Shown here one piece after another: positions 24,129-37,322 of a DNA stretch of 37,996 bases (positions are counted from its first letter, which is position 1; the number at the start of each line of letters is the position of its first letter). The notes under the pieces were generated by a model. The model was given only the letters and a program-made list of their open reading frames with translations, did not search any database and was not told the origin of the DNA. The position numbers were made by a program, and so were the translations under genes. This DNA comes from Sarea resinae (lineage: Eukaryota). Where the stretch lies: NCBI GenBank assembly GCA_026026165.1, contig JAPEUD010000084.1:62001-99996 (forward strand), in the 5' to 3' direction.

Positions 24129-24810
24129 TTGGAAAAGGGAAAAAGGCTATACAACAATAAATGATCCGAAGGACGCGTTATATATACTGTTTCAATGATT
24201 ACAATATTGGCAGTGAACAGTTATCAATAGATAACTATTTCCGAGTAATTTTATAGTATTAAGCAGATAGTGTTACCATTTAGACTAATCACCGTACACT
24301 TTAGAGGAACGAAGTATCAAGTACGACATACACAGAATCACTATTGAATAGGTAGGTACCTAGGCGCGCTCACTACAGGTACTTCGTACTTAATATTTTC
24401 TGCAACGTCATCTAGCACTTTATCAATGCACAATGCCATACCTTAGAGATCGTTTACTTCATAACAAGCTCTCTATTATAATCAAGGGAAGTTGATTGTC
24501 GATTTTGCAAACGACTCGAAAGACATCAAGTCCTTGAGAGAAGTTTTCTTCGTACCTTGGTCTACGCGAAAGGCCCGGAGGTCAGCTGTCGACGCCATAC
24601 GGCCCGGCTTACCGCAGAGCGATTTATTGAAAGGGGCCTCATTCAGCCAGGCAATATCCTTATGGTTCACTTTGATAACCCGATTTTAATTGCATAGCTT
24701 TTCCTACCATTTCAGATATTGCTAGAGTTGTAGCATCAGTGGTCTCATACATAGTCGTGGTTCAGGCCAGGATTTCTCGCGGCCTCCTTCTGCCATACAT
24801 TAGGGATGAT

Positions 24811-26728
24811 ATGATAATGCTGCAAAACGAAACTATTGTGGTCGCTCCCAGAATGGCAGATGTTGCGCCCATCAAGACTGCTACGATGCGCGAGCATAGG
24901 TCTTTAACAGGGGTAGACTACGGCTGTGGTAAGGATACTATAAGCTATGATGGACGTGGACGCTGACCAGAGGTCTACCTCTGCAGAACATCTTCAGGGT
25001 TTATTCTCGCACAGTCAAACTACAACGCAGATATCTATACGACAGTATATCATGCTTCAGAAAGCCATTTTTCAAAAGCCTGCGGTAATCGCACAGACAT
25101 GGAAGCCTCTGAACGCCGGAAGCGGTGCAGATGGCAGGCCTATCACCTCTCTCAGGTCAACGTATCTATGCTTGCAATGCCCCAGCATTTGCACGCAGCA
25201 AGATCGAGATAGCCATTGGCATGCCAAGCGTCATAACTTCTGTGAGAACATATCTTCCTTGGCGCGCCTAACTATCGACTAACCTTTTTCGAAGCCGTGG
25301 AATCAAGATCCGGGTGTCTCTACTGCCAGCAGTGTGAAGACTTTGTTTACGACTCCACCTTTGAAGATCTGAGGCTACAGAGCCATATAGCTCAGTCGAC
25401 TGCTGGTAAGTCTCATCGCGGATACCAAGGCAAAATCGTCCGCTTAATGCCTTTTCATAGGTCGTCGGAAACGCAAATCCGATGTGCTTGATTCCGATGA
25501 GGACTTCATGTCAGTCAAAGCTAATACTGCTGCCGCGCCTTGCCAGGCAGTCGGGCTCCGGGGTCTCTATAATATGGGTCAGACCTGCTTCATGAGCGTG
25601 ATATTACAGAGCATGCTCCACAATCCCCTAGTGCGAAATTTTTTCCTGGGTGACGGGCACAATCCTAACCTTTGTGGAAGGGAGAGTTGCGTAGCGTGCG
25701 CGATGGATGAGATATTCACAGAGTTTCATTCATTAACTAAGGCAGACGGGTTTGGAGCCGTCAGCATGCTTCATAAATCATGGGCCTCTGAAGAGGTATA
25801 TATATTACTCTCCCCAACCACCTTCAATTTGGCTCTAGAGTCTGACGTTTCAAAGGCATTAGCGGGCTATCAGCAGCAAGATGCTCATGAATACTTACAG
25901 TCTCTGTTGAATCAATTGCATACAAGCAGTGCGACGGCGCCAAACACAACGTTAGATCCTTGTGATTGCATAATCCACAAGCTCTTCTGTGGCAAACTCC
26001 AAAGTACCGTCACTTGTGAAAACTGCAGAAACGTTACGATAGCAGAAGACCCAGTCATGGATCTAAGCCTTGACCTGTGGCTGCAGTCAAAAAGAAGGAA
26101 AATCAACGGCGGTGGTGTGGGAGCTGATGCGTCTATTCGTCTACAGAGTTGCTTAGACAGATTCACTAGTCCAGAAAAGCTAGGGTCAGACGACTATACT
26201 TGCCAGCAATGCGCAGGAACGCAGCAGAGCGCAACTAAGCAGCTAAGCATTAAGAGACTACCACCGGTTCTCTGTATCCAACTCAAGGTATTGAATCTTC
26301 ATTGATTATTGCAGGTTAGCACGACTAACACGTCTTTGACCCGTGCTATAGAGATTCGAACATTTCAAGACAAACGCAGCAAAGCTCGAAGCCAAATTAC
26401 AATTCCCGCTCCAACTAGATATGGCACCCTATACAAGCCGTGTGAAACAACACAAACGAGCAGATGCCATGACGGTGTCTACAGCTTGCACCTACGATCT
26501 CTCTAGTGTCATAGTTCATAAAGGGAAGATAGATTCGGGGCACTATATTTCTTATATACGAGAAGAAAGTCAGGCAAGTTCATAGCCAATATCCTTGCAT
26601 TGTGGCTTCATCTTATGCAATTTCAGTGGTTCCTGTTCGACGACAGTAAAGTTACGATCGCCTCGGAATCTCAAGTCCTGGGTGCTGATGCTTATCTCCT
26701 GTTCTACGTGGTACAGACATTGAATTAA
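24811..26728 (+). CDS. UBP8: Ubp8/USP22-type ubiquitin-specific protease (ZnF-UBP plus C19). Exons 24811 (or 24817/24853)-24928, 24987-25241, 25295-25405, 25461-25795, 25856-26287, 26352-26573, 26627-26728
   Basis: ZnF-UBP residues (GCEH, CLQC, HWHAKRH, LYCQQCEDFVYD), Cys box GLYNMGQTCFMSVILQ, LAGYQQQDAHE, LPPVLCIQLKRFEH and His box VHKGKIDSGHY...WFLFDDS...AYLLFY. The last intron is GC-AG. The start codon is uncertain. Confidence 0.9.
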
Positions 26729-27276
26729 AGTGGTGAATACTATTGTAAATTAGAATGTTGCTGGTTTGTACTGGGCTCCTTCAGAATTTCTAGCGATAGT
26801 ATCCCCCGTTTGAGTGGGACGCATGTACAGGCATTGGGAATGATCTCTTATAGTACTCATTATGGTATTACTCATTATAAATGCTGGACTTCTTTAAGAT
26901 TCCTAGGGCTTTGAAAAACAGGAAAGGAAAGGATCGGAAACTTGAAAGATACATCCAGGAAGGGAAAGCACGAAACATTCGTGCAAGTTTGGGAACATCT
27001 CCAGTATAAACACCGAGAAGTATCAACATTCAAAATAGAGTACGTAAGCGTTCAAGAAGCAGTCGCAAGATTACGGTGACCGACGAGGGGAAAAGCGCTA
27101 AGCTCCACGGCCGAGGGGGTGACTGCAAAGTTTACCTACCTAGGTAGGGTAGGTAGTTTTCCTTTCAGGAAGTACTAGGTAGGGTTGCCATATTGTAACT
27201 TGAAAGTTCTCGTAAATAATACCTATCAGCCAGCCTCTCTAAGGGACATATCCGATTGTCGAGAGCGAGAAAAGTA

Positions 27277-28385
27277 ATGGAGAGAACGGAGGATGATGGG
27301 AACGAGGCTCCGTGAGGCTGATATCGCCATTTCACGGACCCAATAGCTAAAAGTCAACCTAGGAAACTTTCAGCTCAGGCTCTTCAAGCGTTACAAGAAT
27401 TTTACTCGGATCGTGACTCCCGGCAGAAGCAATTCGAGGATCTTCAAGTTCGAGCAGAGAACGATCATGATAAATTATTGACAATCGAAGCCTTCACGGA
27501 GGACTGGAATGCGAGCCAATTCTGGGTACGCGCATGATGCATCTTGAAATGAGGTCACCCTAGCAGTCATCCTGACGAATTGTTACAGTACGAGGATGAC
27601 ACGGCTACCGAGTTAGCCAAGCAGTTGCTGGATGGTGCTACAGAAAACTCTTGGATTGCTGTCATTTCGGCTCCCAGTGTTTTCATTAAGCTCAAAAATA
27701 TAATTGTAGGTAGCGGTCGGGAACGCTACAGCATCGAGGGCTCACTGACACTTTCTCACTAGTCGCAACCATTGAAGATGGCTTCTGGTGTTCCAAAACT
27801 TTGTCTTCTCGAATTTGACAAACGATTTGATGTGTTTTCGGAGTTTGTTGCTTATGACTTCGAATTTCCAATGCGATTACCTGGTACAGACCTCATATGA
27901 CCTTCCTACAAAGCTACTGCTGTCGCGGCCGCTGCCATTTTTTTGGCTTTACTGACCAGGAAAAGCTGAGATGAAAGGCAAATTCGACAGGATTATCTGC
28001 GACCCGCCATTCCTCAGCGTCGATTGTCAGACAAAGGGTGAGCGATGATTGAATCCCATCTCTATTTTTCATTCCCTGTCCATTCGAGAAGCCGTTGTTG
28101 ACGTTGAATCCGTCCGTCCTGATAGCGGCGTTGACTGTCCGCTGGCTATCGAAAAGCTGGCCAGGTCCTCCTCGTGATACAAACATCAAAGCACCGATTG
28201 ACAGAGTAGAAAACCCTCGACTAATAATTTGCACCGGCGAGAGAATGGAGGCCCTTGTATGCAAATTATATAGCAAGGCAGGGGTGCGAACGACCTCATT
28301 TGAGCCCCGGCATGCGAAAGGGCTGAGCAATGAATTCCGTTGCTATGCAAACTTCGAGTGCAAGCCGTGGCATTGGCGTGGCTAG
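27277..28385 (+). CDS. EFM5: eEF1A lysine N-methyltransferase Efm5/N6AMT2. Exons 27277-27311, 27363-27525, 27589-27705, 27763-27883, 27966-28037, 28126-28385
   Basis: PKLSAQALQALQEF, FTEDWNASQFWY, ISAPSVF, LLEFDKRF, ICDPPFLS, ICTGERM and FEPRHAKGLSNEFRCYANF. Confidence 0.93.
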
Positions 28386-30767
28386 TCTCGCCTGGTAAGC
28401 AGCTCCTATCTAAGACAACTAGAGAATCGTATCGTAGCACTACTGACTATCTATGAAGTATGTTGAAGTAGCAAAGGGAGCAGCGGGACTCGAAACATGA
28501 TTTTCCGGAGTAGACATACGGAGATCAATCTATGGATTGGATGAAGAAAAGTACTACTCATAAATTTGCGTATGATAGGTATCAGCGAAGATGAATGATG
28601 TACAGTAGAGGATAGCTGGTTGACCTCTCCAGCTCGTTTAACGCCTCTTGAACGAGCAAGATGAGCGGCTTTGATTAGCTTACAGACCGAGACTAAGGTA
28701 CGGAATGCCTTAAAGCCTAGATGATACTGTACTTTGTATTATTCAGCGATCCAAGGATACCTTGAGGCAGAGAGGTCCCGGTCTCAGCGTGCAGGTACGA
28801 TAGACGACCATCTGCCCCGCCCGCATTCACCGCTTCGCGTCCGCGGGGCTGACGACAGTCGTTGACGTTGACTCATTACGCGTTCCTTGATCACCTGTAA
28901 TTGTAGGGGATTGACGCATTGGAGAACAAAGCCATAGAGCGATAATGAGTGAAGCAAAAGACCTCGTCACTGCTAGCGTACTTCATACGTAGTTTCAGCG
29001 ATTCGAACTGTGTTGGGTAGGTATATCAAACGGCTGGGTCGAATGACCCGTGGATCTGTTGTTCCTGCCTCTGTATGCGCGCGGTCGCGGCCCCGGCCTT
29101 TAGCCCGGGACAGGATGACCTCGCCAGAGGCACGGGCCATAACATGGATTGTACCTACCTCACCTTACCTTGCTGAGGTACTCCGGAGTAGATAGATGCA
29201 CAGGTGAGTACTACCTAGGTACCAGGCACTTGCTGGTCGGTCCAAGTCATCCCTATCATCCCACGAGGTCCCACCAAGTGCATAGGTAGGTACCTGAGGT
29301 ACTGTACCTGTACTCGTAGGCAAAGCTTACAGCGAAGTAGACGATTGCGTACGAGGTAGTATGGCTCGGCTTCGCCATGCTACTTCGGCGATTTAGGTAA
29401 GGCGATGCAAAACAGCAAGCACCTGGCATCCGGCTAATCCTGGCGGCCGAAGAATATCAATGGCAACCGCTACCGTTCCCGGGAGTCTCGGCGCCGGAAT
29501 TTGGCTCATCGTCGACCGAAGAAAATGCTTAAAGAGCGAGAATGTACATTTGAGAAGAGGTACGTATCAACCGTGCCCATTCTGGTCATTCGGTACTTGA
29601 ATATTTGGTGGTGCTTCCGGCTTACGGTCTGGTAACCCAACCCAGGTGCGGAACGCCGAGTTACCGCCGCAGAAAGAAAGCTAGGTACCTCATAAATAAG
29701 GTACGTGAACCTGACCGGGAGGCACAAGGTAATCTCATGCTAACCCTGGCTCAGCGATCCCGTTAGTGCCTTAGTGCTCGACGATATGCCATCCATTCCG
29801 TTCCGATGAGGGAGAAAACAATGAGATCAGCGGTTCTGACTCCGATAATTGCTGTGACCAATTTGACCCCGCGGATTCCGCTATACCGCAAAGGACATGT
29901 CCCTCCTACTCGTACTTTCGATTCCTTGTCTCCTTCCATATGTACACTTACCTTCTGACCTGCGTACTACGTGGTACTTTACCATCTCATAGTCTAGAAT
30001 ATTTCCCTTGTTACGAGTAGGCCCCCCTCCGCTCACCCCATCTCGAAGAAGGACGGTTCGATTCTTTTCCGGTCGAGCCCGGTTGGTCACGTCCTCGTTG
30101 CGCGTCCCCTTCCGTCCTGACCGCTGCGAAAGTGCCAAACGATGTCTGCCCCGATTCTTGTTGCAGCAGGCGAGCTACTCCGTGCTTGACTTTCCCGCAC
30201 GTCCCAGCCCTTGCAAGCTTATGCACACTTACCGTTAAGTCGAGCGAGCGAGCGGACCGCTTACCTTACCCTACCTTACTTCATGTTTAGGCTTTGGATC
30301 TAACTAGCTACTCATCACCAGTAGGTAAGCTTGGTAGGTAGGTAGTATGCGGCCTAGTACTACGCAGTAGTAGGCAGAACGGACCTCTAATCAGACGGAC
30401 GTCACTTGTCCGGCATCCATCCGTGTGATTATTTCCCTTCCTCATACAGTATCCGGCCGAACTCCTGCCCAAAGCTGGTACAGGTACCGGCATTACTTTA
30501 CCAGCCACCCCAGAAGCTTCTCGTAAGATATTCATTTCCTACTTGGTAGAGCACTGTTCGGTCGAAGGCGATACGTACAAGTACCTCGCGCATCCTCTGC
30601 TTCAGCGGTCAAGTGGTGAGCAATCCGGAAGGCAGCGGCAGAGGCAGTCGGGTTTTTGTATTCCAAACAAAGTCCTCACACTCTTCTTCTCTCCATCCCT
30701 TCGATCAAACGCAGCACTTGTCTTTGATCGCCGTGCAAGGCAACTCTGAGCTTCGAGAACCTAATAT

Positions 30768-32800
30768 ATGCAGTGGAGCATCAGTGTCGTTCTAGCCACG
30801 TCCGCGTGGCTGCTGCTGGAGGCTCTACCTCTAGCAGCCGCCCACGGCCATGATGGGCATGGCGATATGGCTCCCTCGGCGGCTTCTGCTGTTCCCATGG
30901 GCAGTGGACTTCCAACGAGGCCAGTGATTTCGGTCTCGCCGAGCCCAAGTGAAGCCCCTCCAAGCTATTTCCATCATCCAACCGACACCGGTCTCATCTA
31001 TGCGCACATTGTGATGATGACGATTGCGTGGATTTTCGTGCTTCCGGTCGGTATGCATCTTCTGCCTTGCTCATCATGTCGTGAGATCCCCGTTAATATT
31101 GCTATGTAGGAATCATGCTTAGTATCGCCCGATCACGCCTTACACTGCTCGTACAGTTTGTTTTCCTCGTTGTCAACGCTTTCGGAATATTGACGGGCGT
31201 TATATACAACAGCAAGACGCCAGATCTATATCCAAATAATGCTCATCACAAACTCGGCTGGATAGTGACATGGGTCGTTAGTGCGCAAGCCTTGATGGGA
31301 CTGTTGCATATCTATGCCGGTCGCTCCACAAAGCACAGCGTGGCTGAAGATGAGCGGGCGGCATTCATCCCTGTTTCTACTGAGGCCATGGCGGAACACC
31401 AAAGAAGTAATGGGCGCCAGAGTTTCCATGATTATCGGTACTCGAGGGACAGTGGTCAAGGAACAGAGAGAGCGTCTTCTTTCGGTAGTTCGTCACCAGC
31501 CGAGGAACACGAAGACCTGCAATTACCCGAAATCCACCCCAGGTACAGCCTGGCCATTGCAGGAGAGGACGACATTGAGGAGGAAAAGCGCGGGTTTTTG
31601 CGCAATACCGCTATTGACAGCTTTCTGTCGCGTAAGGTACCGGGATTGTTATCTACACGACTGTGGCGTATCTTGGGATTTGTTTATGATGTGATCGATC
31701 GAATCATTATACCCTTTGGATTTATAACGTTGACTGCCGGTATCGTGACGTTTGCCGGTATCTTCGTAAGTCATATCTATCAACTTGCCTCCAAATGAGT
31801 TTTACTAATGGCATTGTAGCGCGGAGTCAATGTCTTCAACGGTCTCGCTCATTTCATAAAGGGCGGGATTTTTTTTGGTTATGGGATCCTAACCCTTGGC
31901 CGATGGATGGGCTGCTTCGCCGATTTCGGCTGGGCATGGAATATCAAACCCTCGCAGGCTATCGTCGGTCATCGAAAGGCAGCTATCCCTTCCGCTGAGT
32001 TCGTGGAATCTTTCGTCATCTTCCTCTATGGAACCACCAATGTGTTCCTTGAACATCTCGCCAACTGGGGTGGTGAATGGGTTCCACAGGATCTGGAACA
32101 CGTTTCTATTAGCATCATGTTCTTCGGCGGTGGACTGGTATGCTTCAATCTCTTTCAGCCGACCACCTTTCACTGACAACTCTGTAGTGTGGCATGCTGG
32201 TCGAATCCAAAAAAATCAGAGGCTTGCTCAATACTTCGATCTCGTTCGTGGCTCCTCAAGGCTCCGCATCTCGCGAGTCGCCCGAATATTGGCGTTACCC
32301 TAAATCCTATGGATTCTCATTGAACCCACTTCCAGCCCTAATCATCTTTTGCCTGGGAATCATGATGGGTTCCCACCACCAAGCTTCTATGGTATCCACG
32401 ATGATCCACAAGCAGTGGGGCCTTCTCTTTGCTGGTTTCGCTCTGGCTAGGATTATCACCTATTCGCTCATGTACTTATCTCCGCCAACTTCACTTCTAC
32501 CCTCTAGACCACCAACTGAGATCATTGCATCCTTTTGCCTCATGGCTGGCGGTCTTGTTTTCATGGCCAGTGTAAGTGACTATATCAGCTATTATCAGGG
32601 ATAACTCGCTAAAACTGAAGCAGAACAGAGACACTGTTGCGGCAATGGAAGGTTACGAATTAGATGCCATGTTCATTTTGGTAGTTACGATTGGCTTGAC
32701 CGCGTTCTTGATGGCGTGGCAAATACTGGTGGTAGCCATCAAAGGACTCGCAGTCCGCCGAGAGCACGGTGACACCTTGACGATGCATACAGAGGCTTAG
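30768..32800 (+). CDS. Polytopic membrane protein of the DUF2427/Ytp1 family (yeast YTP1/YCR061W-like) with a signal peptide. Exons 30768-31050, 31110-31765, 31820-32137, 32188-32571, 32624-32800
   Basis: Signal peptide followed by HGHDGHGDM. Also YAHIVMMTIAWIFVLPVG, YNSKTPDLYPNNAHHKLGW, FNGLAHFIKGG, NVFLEHL, DLEH, MGSHHQ...IHKQWG and PSRPPTE. Confidence 0.88.
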
Positions 32801-33256
32801 AAGGTTCGTTTCGGTCATGCATAACGATCATGCTGCGATACCATTAGTGGCGTTTGTGGGCTATTGGGCAATATGCCCTTCGGATCACTCGTTTCAGGCT
32901 GTCGGCCCGCTTATGAGTTGCACGCAATTCCTATACAATGTCATATAATACGCTTAATGTCTTCAGGATTTATAATAAATATTCAATATATCATATCCTT
33001 ACAAGCTCGAGTCTGGAGCCATGATAGGCGTAATCATTTGCAGGGACGCCCTATTGATACCTATACACCATGGGAAGATGATGGCGCATGTTCCGGGGTA
33101 TACTGTAAGAGAATCAGATAGCTTTCCAATCAAGGTCCAACATCGTGCAAGCTTCCCCAGCCAATCTTATCAGACAATCGCAGTGCCGACAATGGTGGCA
33201 GATTCCAGATTCCTCCGTCCCAAGGTTACAGATTGTCCTCTATAATGGTAAATTGT

Positions 33257-34116
33257 TCATCTGACGCCTCGACCTTTCGCTCTTGCTAGACCACTACCGC
33301 GCGCTCCCCGCGTCGCACCTCTAGCAGCCCCTCCACGGCCGAGCGGGCCACCTCGCCCTGAGGCTCCACCAGCTCGGGATGATGGTGCTGGTTGCGTGAC
33401 TCTTGAAGAAGACTTAGAGGACATTGGGGGATTATCGATAAAAGAGGTGTCAGTCGTCCTAGTCAGAATGAATTCATTAGAGAGAATACTTTTCAGGAGG
33501 CGGCTGAAAGCATTTGGCTTGGTATCCATACATAAACGTCGTTTCCGCATCGAAGTCAGGACGAACTCTATCAGACCCTGTGGACTGACCTAATCACAAT
33601 TCAATTAGTGTCATCTAGATATGCTTGATATTTTGCCAGCAGGTACCAAGGCGTTCTTCATGGTGTCGAGCTCTCTGAAAGGAATCTGCGATCGGGGCCT
33701 AGTACATTTTCCTTTGTCAAAACATTTTCGAGCACATCTCGAATCTACTCTCGTCAACATACCTCGGGAAAGTCGACACAAAATGCATTCATGTTCAAGC
33801 CATAGAGGAAGCTGGCAAAACTCTCACTAAAACGTGCAATGCTCTCGTGCATGAGCTGCAGGTGCATAAAGTTTGCTTCCAAATCGGCCATGGAGTCCGA
33901 CAATTCTGCAAAGGCGGGTTCAAAAGACTCCAGGGGGAGCTCAACTTGATCATTAGGGCGGGAAACTCCCCCAAGCGCCGGACCATCACGGAATGACGAG
34001 CGTGAGCTTGCTCTCAATGGCGTGCTGGGGCGCGAGGACGGAAGTCGATTTCGCGATGTTGCGCGTCTGGTACTGCTCTCGCCGCCTCCATTGGGTGTGG
34101 TAGTCGATGAAGACAT
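33257..34116 (-). CDS. DAM1: DASH/Dam1 complex subunit Dam1. Exons 34116-33763, 33698-33647, 33589-33532, 33458-33257
   Basis: RPSTPLRASSRSS, FAELSDSMADLEANFMHLQLMHESIARFSESFASFLYGLNMNAFCVDFPEAP and DAETTFMTTDTSF, ending in an RG-rich tail. Confidence 0.94.
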
Positions 34117-34515
34117 TTTTTGATTGGGATTTCCGACTTTTGAAATATGAAGACCTATGTCTTCCTCGAGTCTCGCGGAGTATTACTTAATGTCGTAGAA
34201 TGTGGGTTCGACGATAGAGAATTGTAGATCGATCATTGCTGTTGTTGTCGATGCTCCCTGCCATCATGCTGATTAGATAACCCCCAGCATCGGCCGACGA
34301 GATATGATTCTCTACCTACCTCCGTACCTACCTTACGGGACGGGCTGGTACCCGACCTCCAGGGCTTGAACACTGGGCTCGAGTTTCGCTACCGAGCACG
34401 AGAGAGGCGTGTAAGATAATAGTTAAACCCACCATCATCATCCTTATCACCTATCATCATCATCCTCGTCAGTCTTGTCATCCTCAACGATAAGTATCAA
34501 GAGCTTTGGCTGGAC

Positions 34516-34525
34516 TATATAAAAG
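34516..34525 (+). promoter_or_regulatory. Candidate TATA box (TATATAAAAG) upstream of the CRAL-TRIO gene
   Basis: Matches the TATAWAWR consensus and lies about 260 nt upstream of the first in-frame ATG (34781). Function is not shown. Confidence 0.45.
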
Positions 34526-34780
34526 TGGCCGTCTACCTCTGCACCTCGTTCATGGACTGAAATCCCCTTTCTCATTTCAAAGGTATTGTATCTGTGTTTT
34601 CTACGTCATCGTCGAATCTCTCTTCCTAAGCTAAATCATCGTCTGTCTTGCGCCAACTTTTGAAGCAGTTGTTGACTGTATACCTATAGATCTGCCTGTG
34701 TGAACGAACAATAGACCGTCATTGCAGATGCATTGGTAGGCACCGGCTGCGTGAACGGGATCCTCCACTCCACCCCTTAT

Positions 34781-36765
<1,985 letters not shown>

Positions 36766-37322
36766 CCTCTAGGAGGCTAGCTATAGACGTTTATTCCACT
36801 CGTTCCTATGATTCTAGCGAGTCGATATTCTATATAGTATATACAGGCTTCTATAAAAAGCCTTTGGTGTAGCCCTATAGTAATCAATAGAGTTGAATAT
36901 CTTCTTAGACATTACCTTAGCATTGTAGAGCTATATATAATAACATTATAATTATAGATAGTAAAGTGAAACATTATCAAGTTACTACAGGATCTTATAT
37001 TATAACACTATAGGTGCATCAAATATTCTATGTTTTTGCTTATAGAACTTATACAACTTTAACCTTTTTATAGAAGGTAGAATAGATATAAGTAGAGAAA
37101 GGTGCTAAAGAAGTAATAGTATAGAATACCTTAGTGCTAGGTCAGGTAATTCTGTACCTAGTTCAAGACTGTTACAAACCTATGACACTGTATTACGATT
37201 ATGAGACAGTGTAACAATGGTCTCAAACCTACTATAATTACTCTAGGTTTAAGACCGTTTGAATTTTGTACACCTATAGAACCTATAGAACCTAAAAGAA
37301 AAATTTCGCGAAAAAAGTAAAT

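Noticed and set aside
1..26728. Apparent proteostasis cluster (two deubiquitinases, Rpn9, prefoldin 3, Rbd2)
   Set aside because: The genes are interspersed with unrelated housekeeping genes and belong to different complexes. I saw no Rpn4/PACE (GGTGGCAAA) site upstream of RPN9. Chance is a sufficient explanation.
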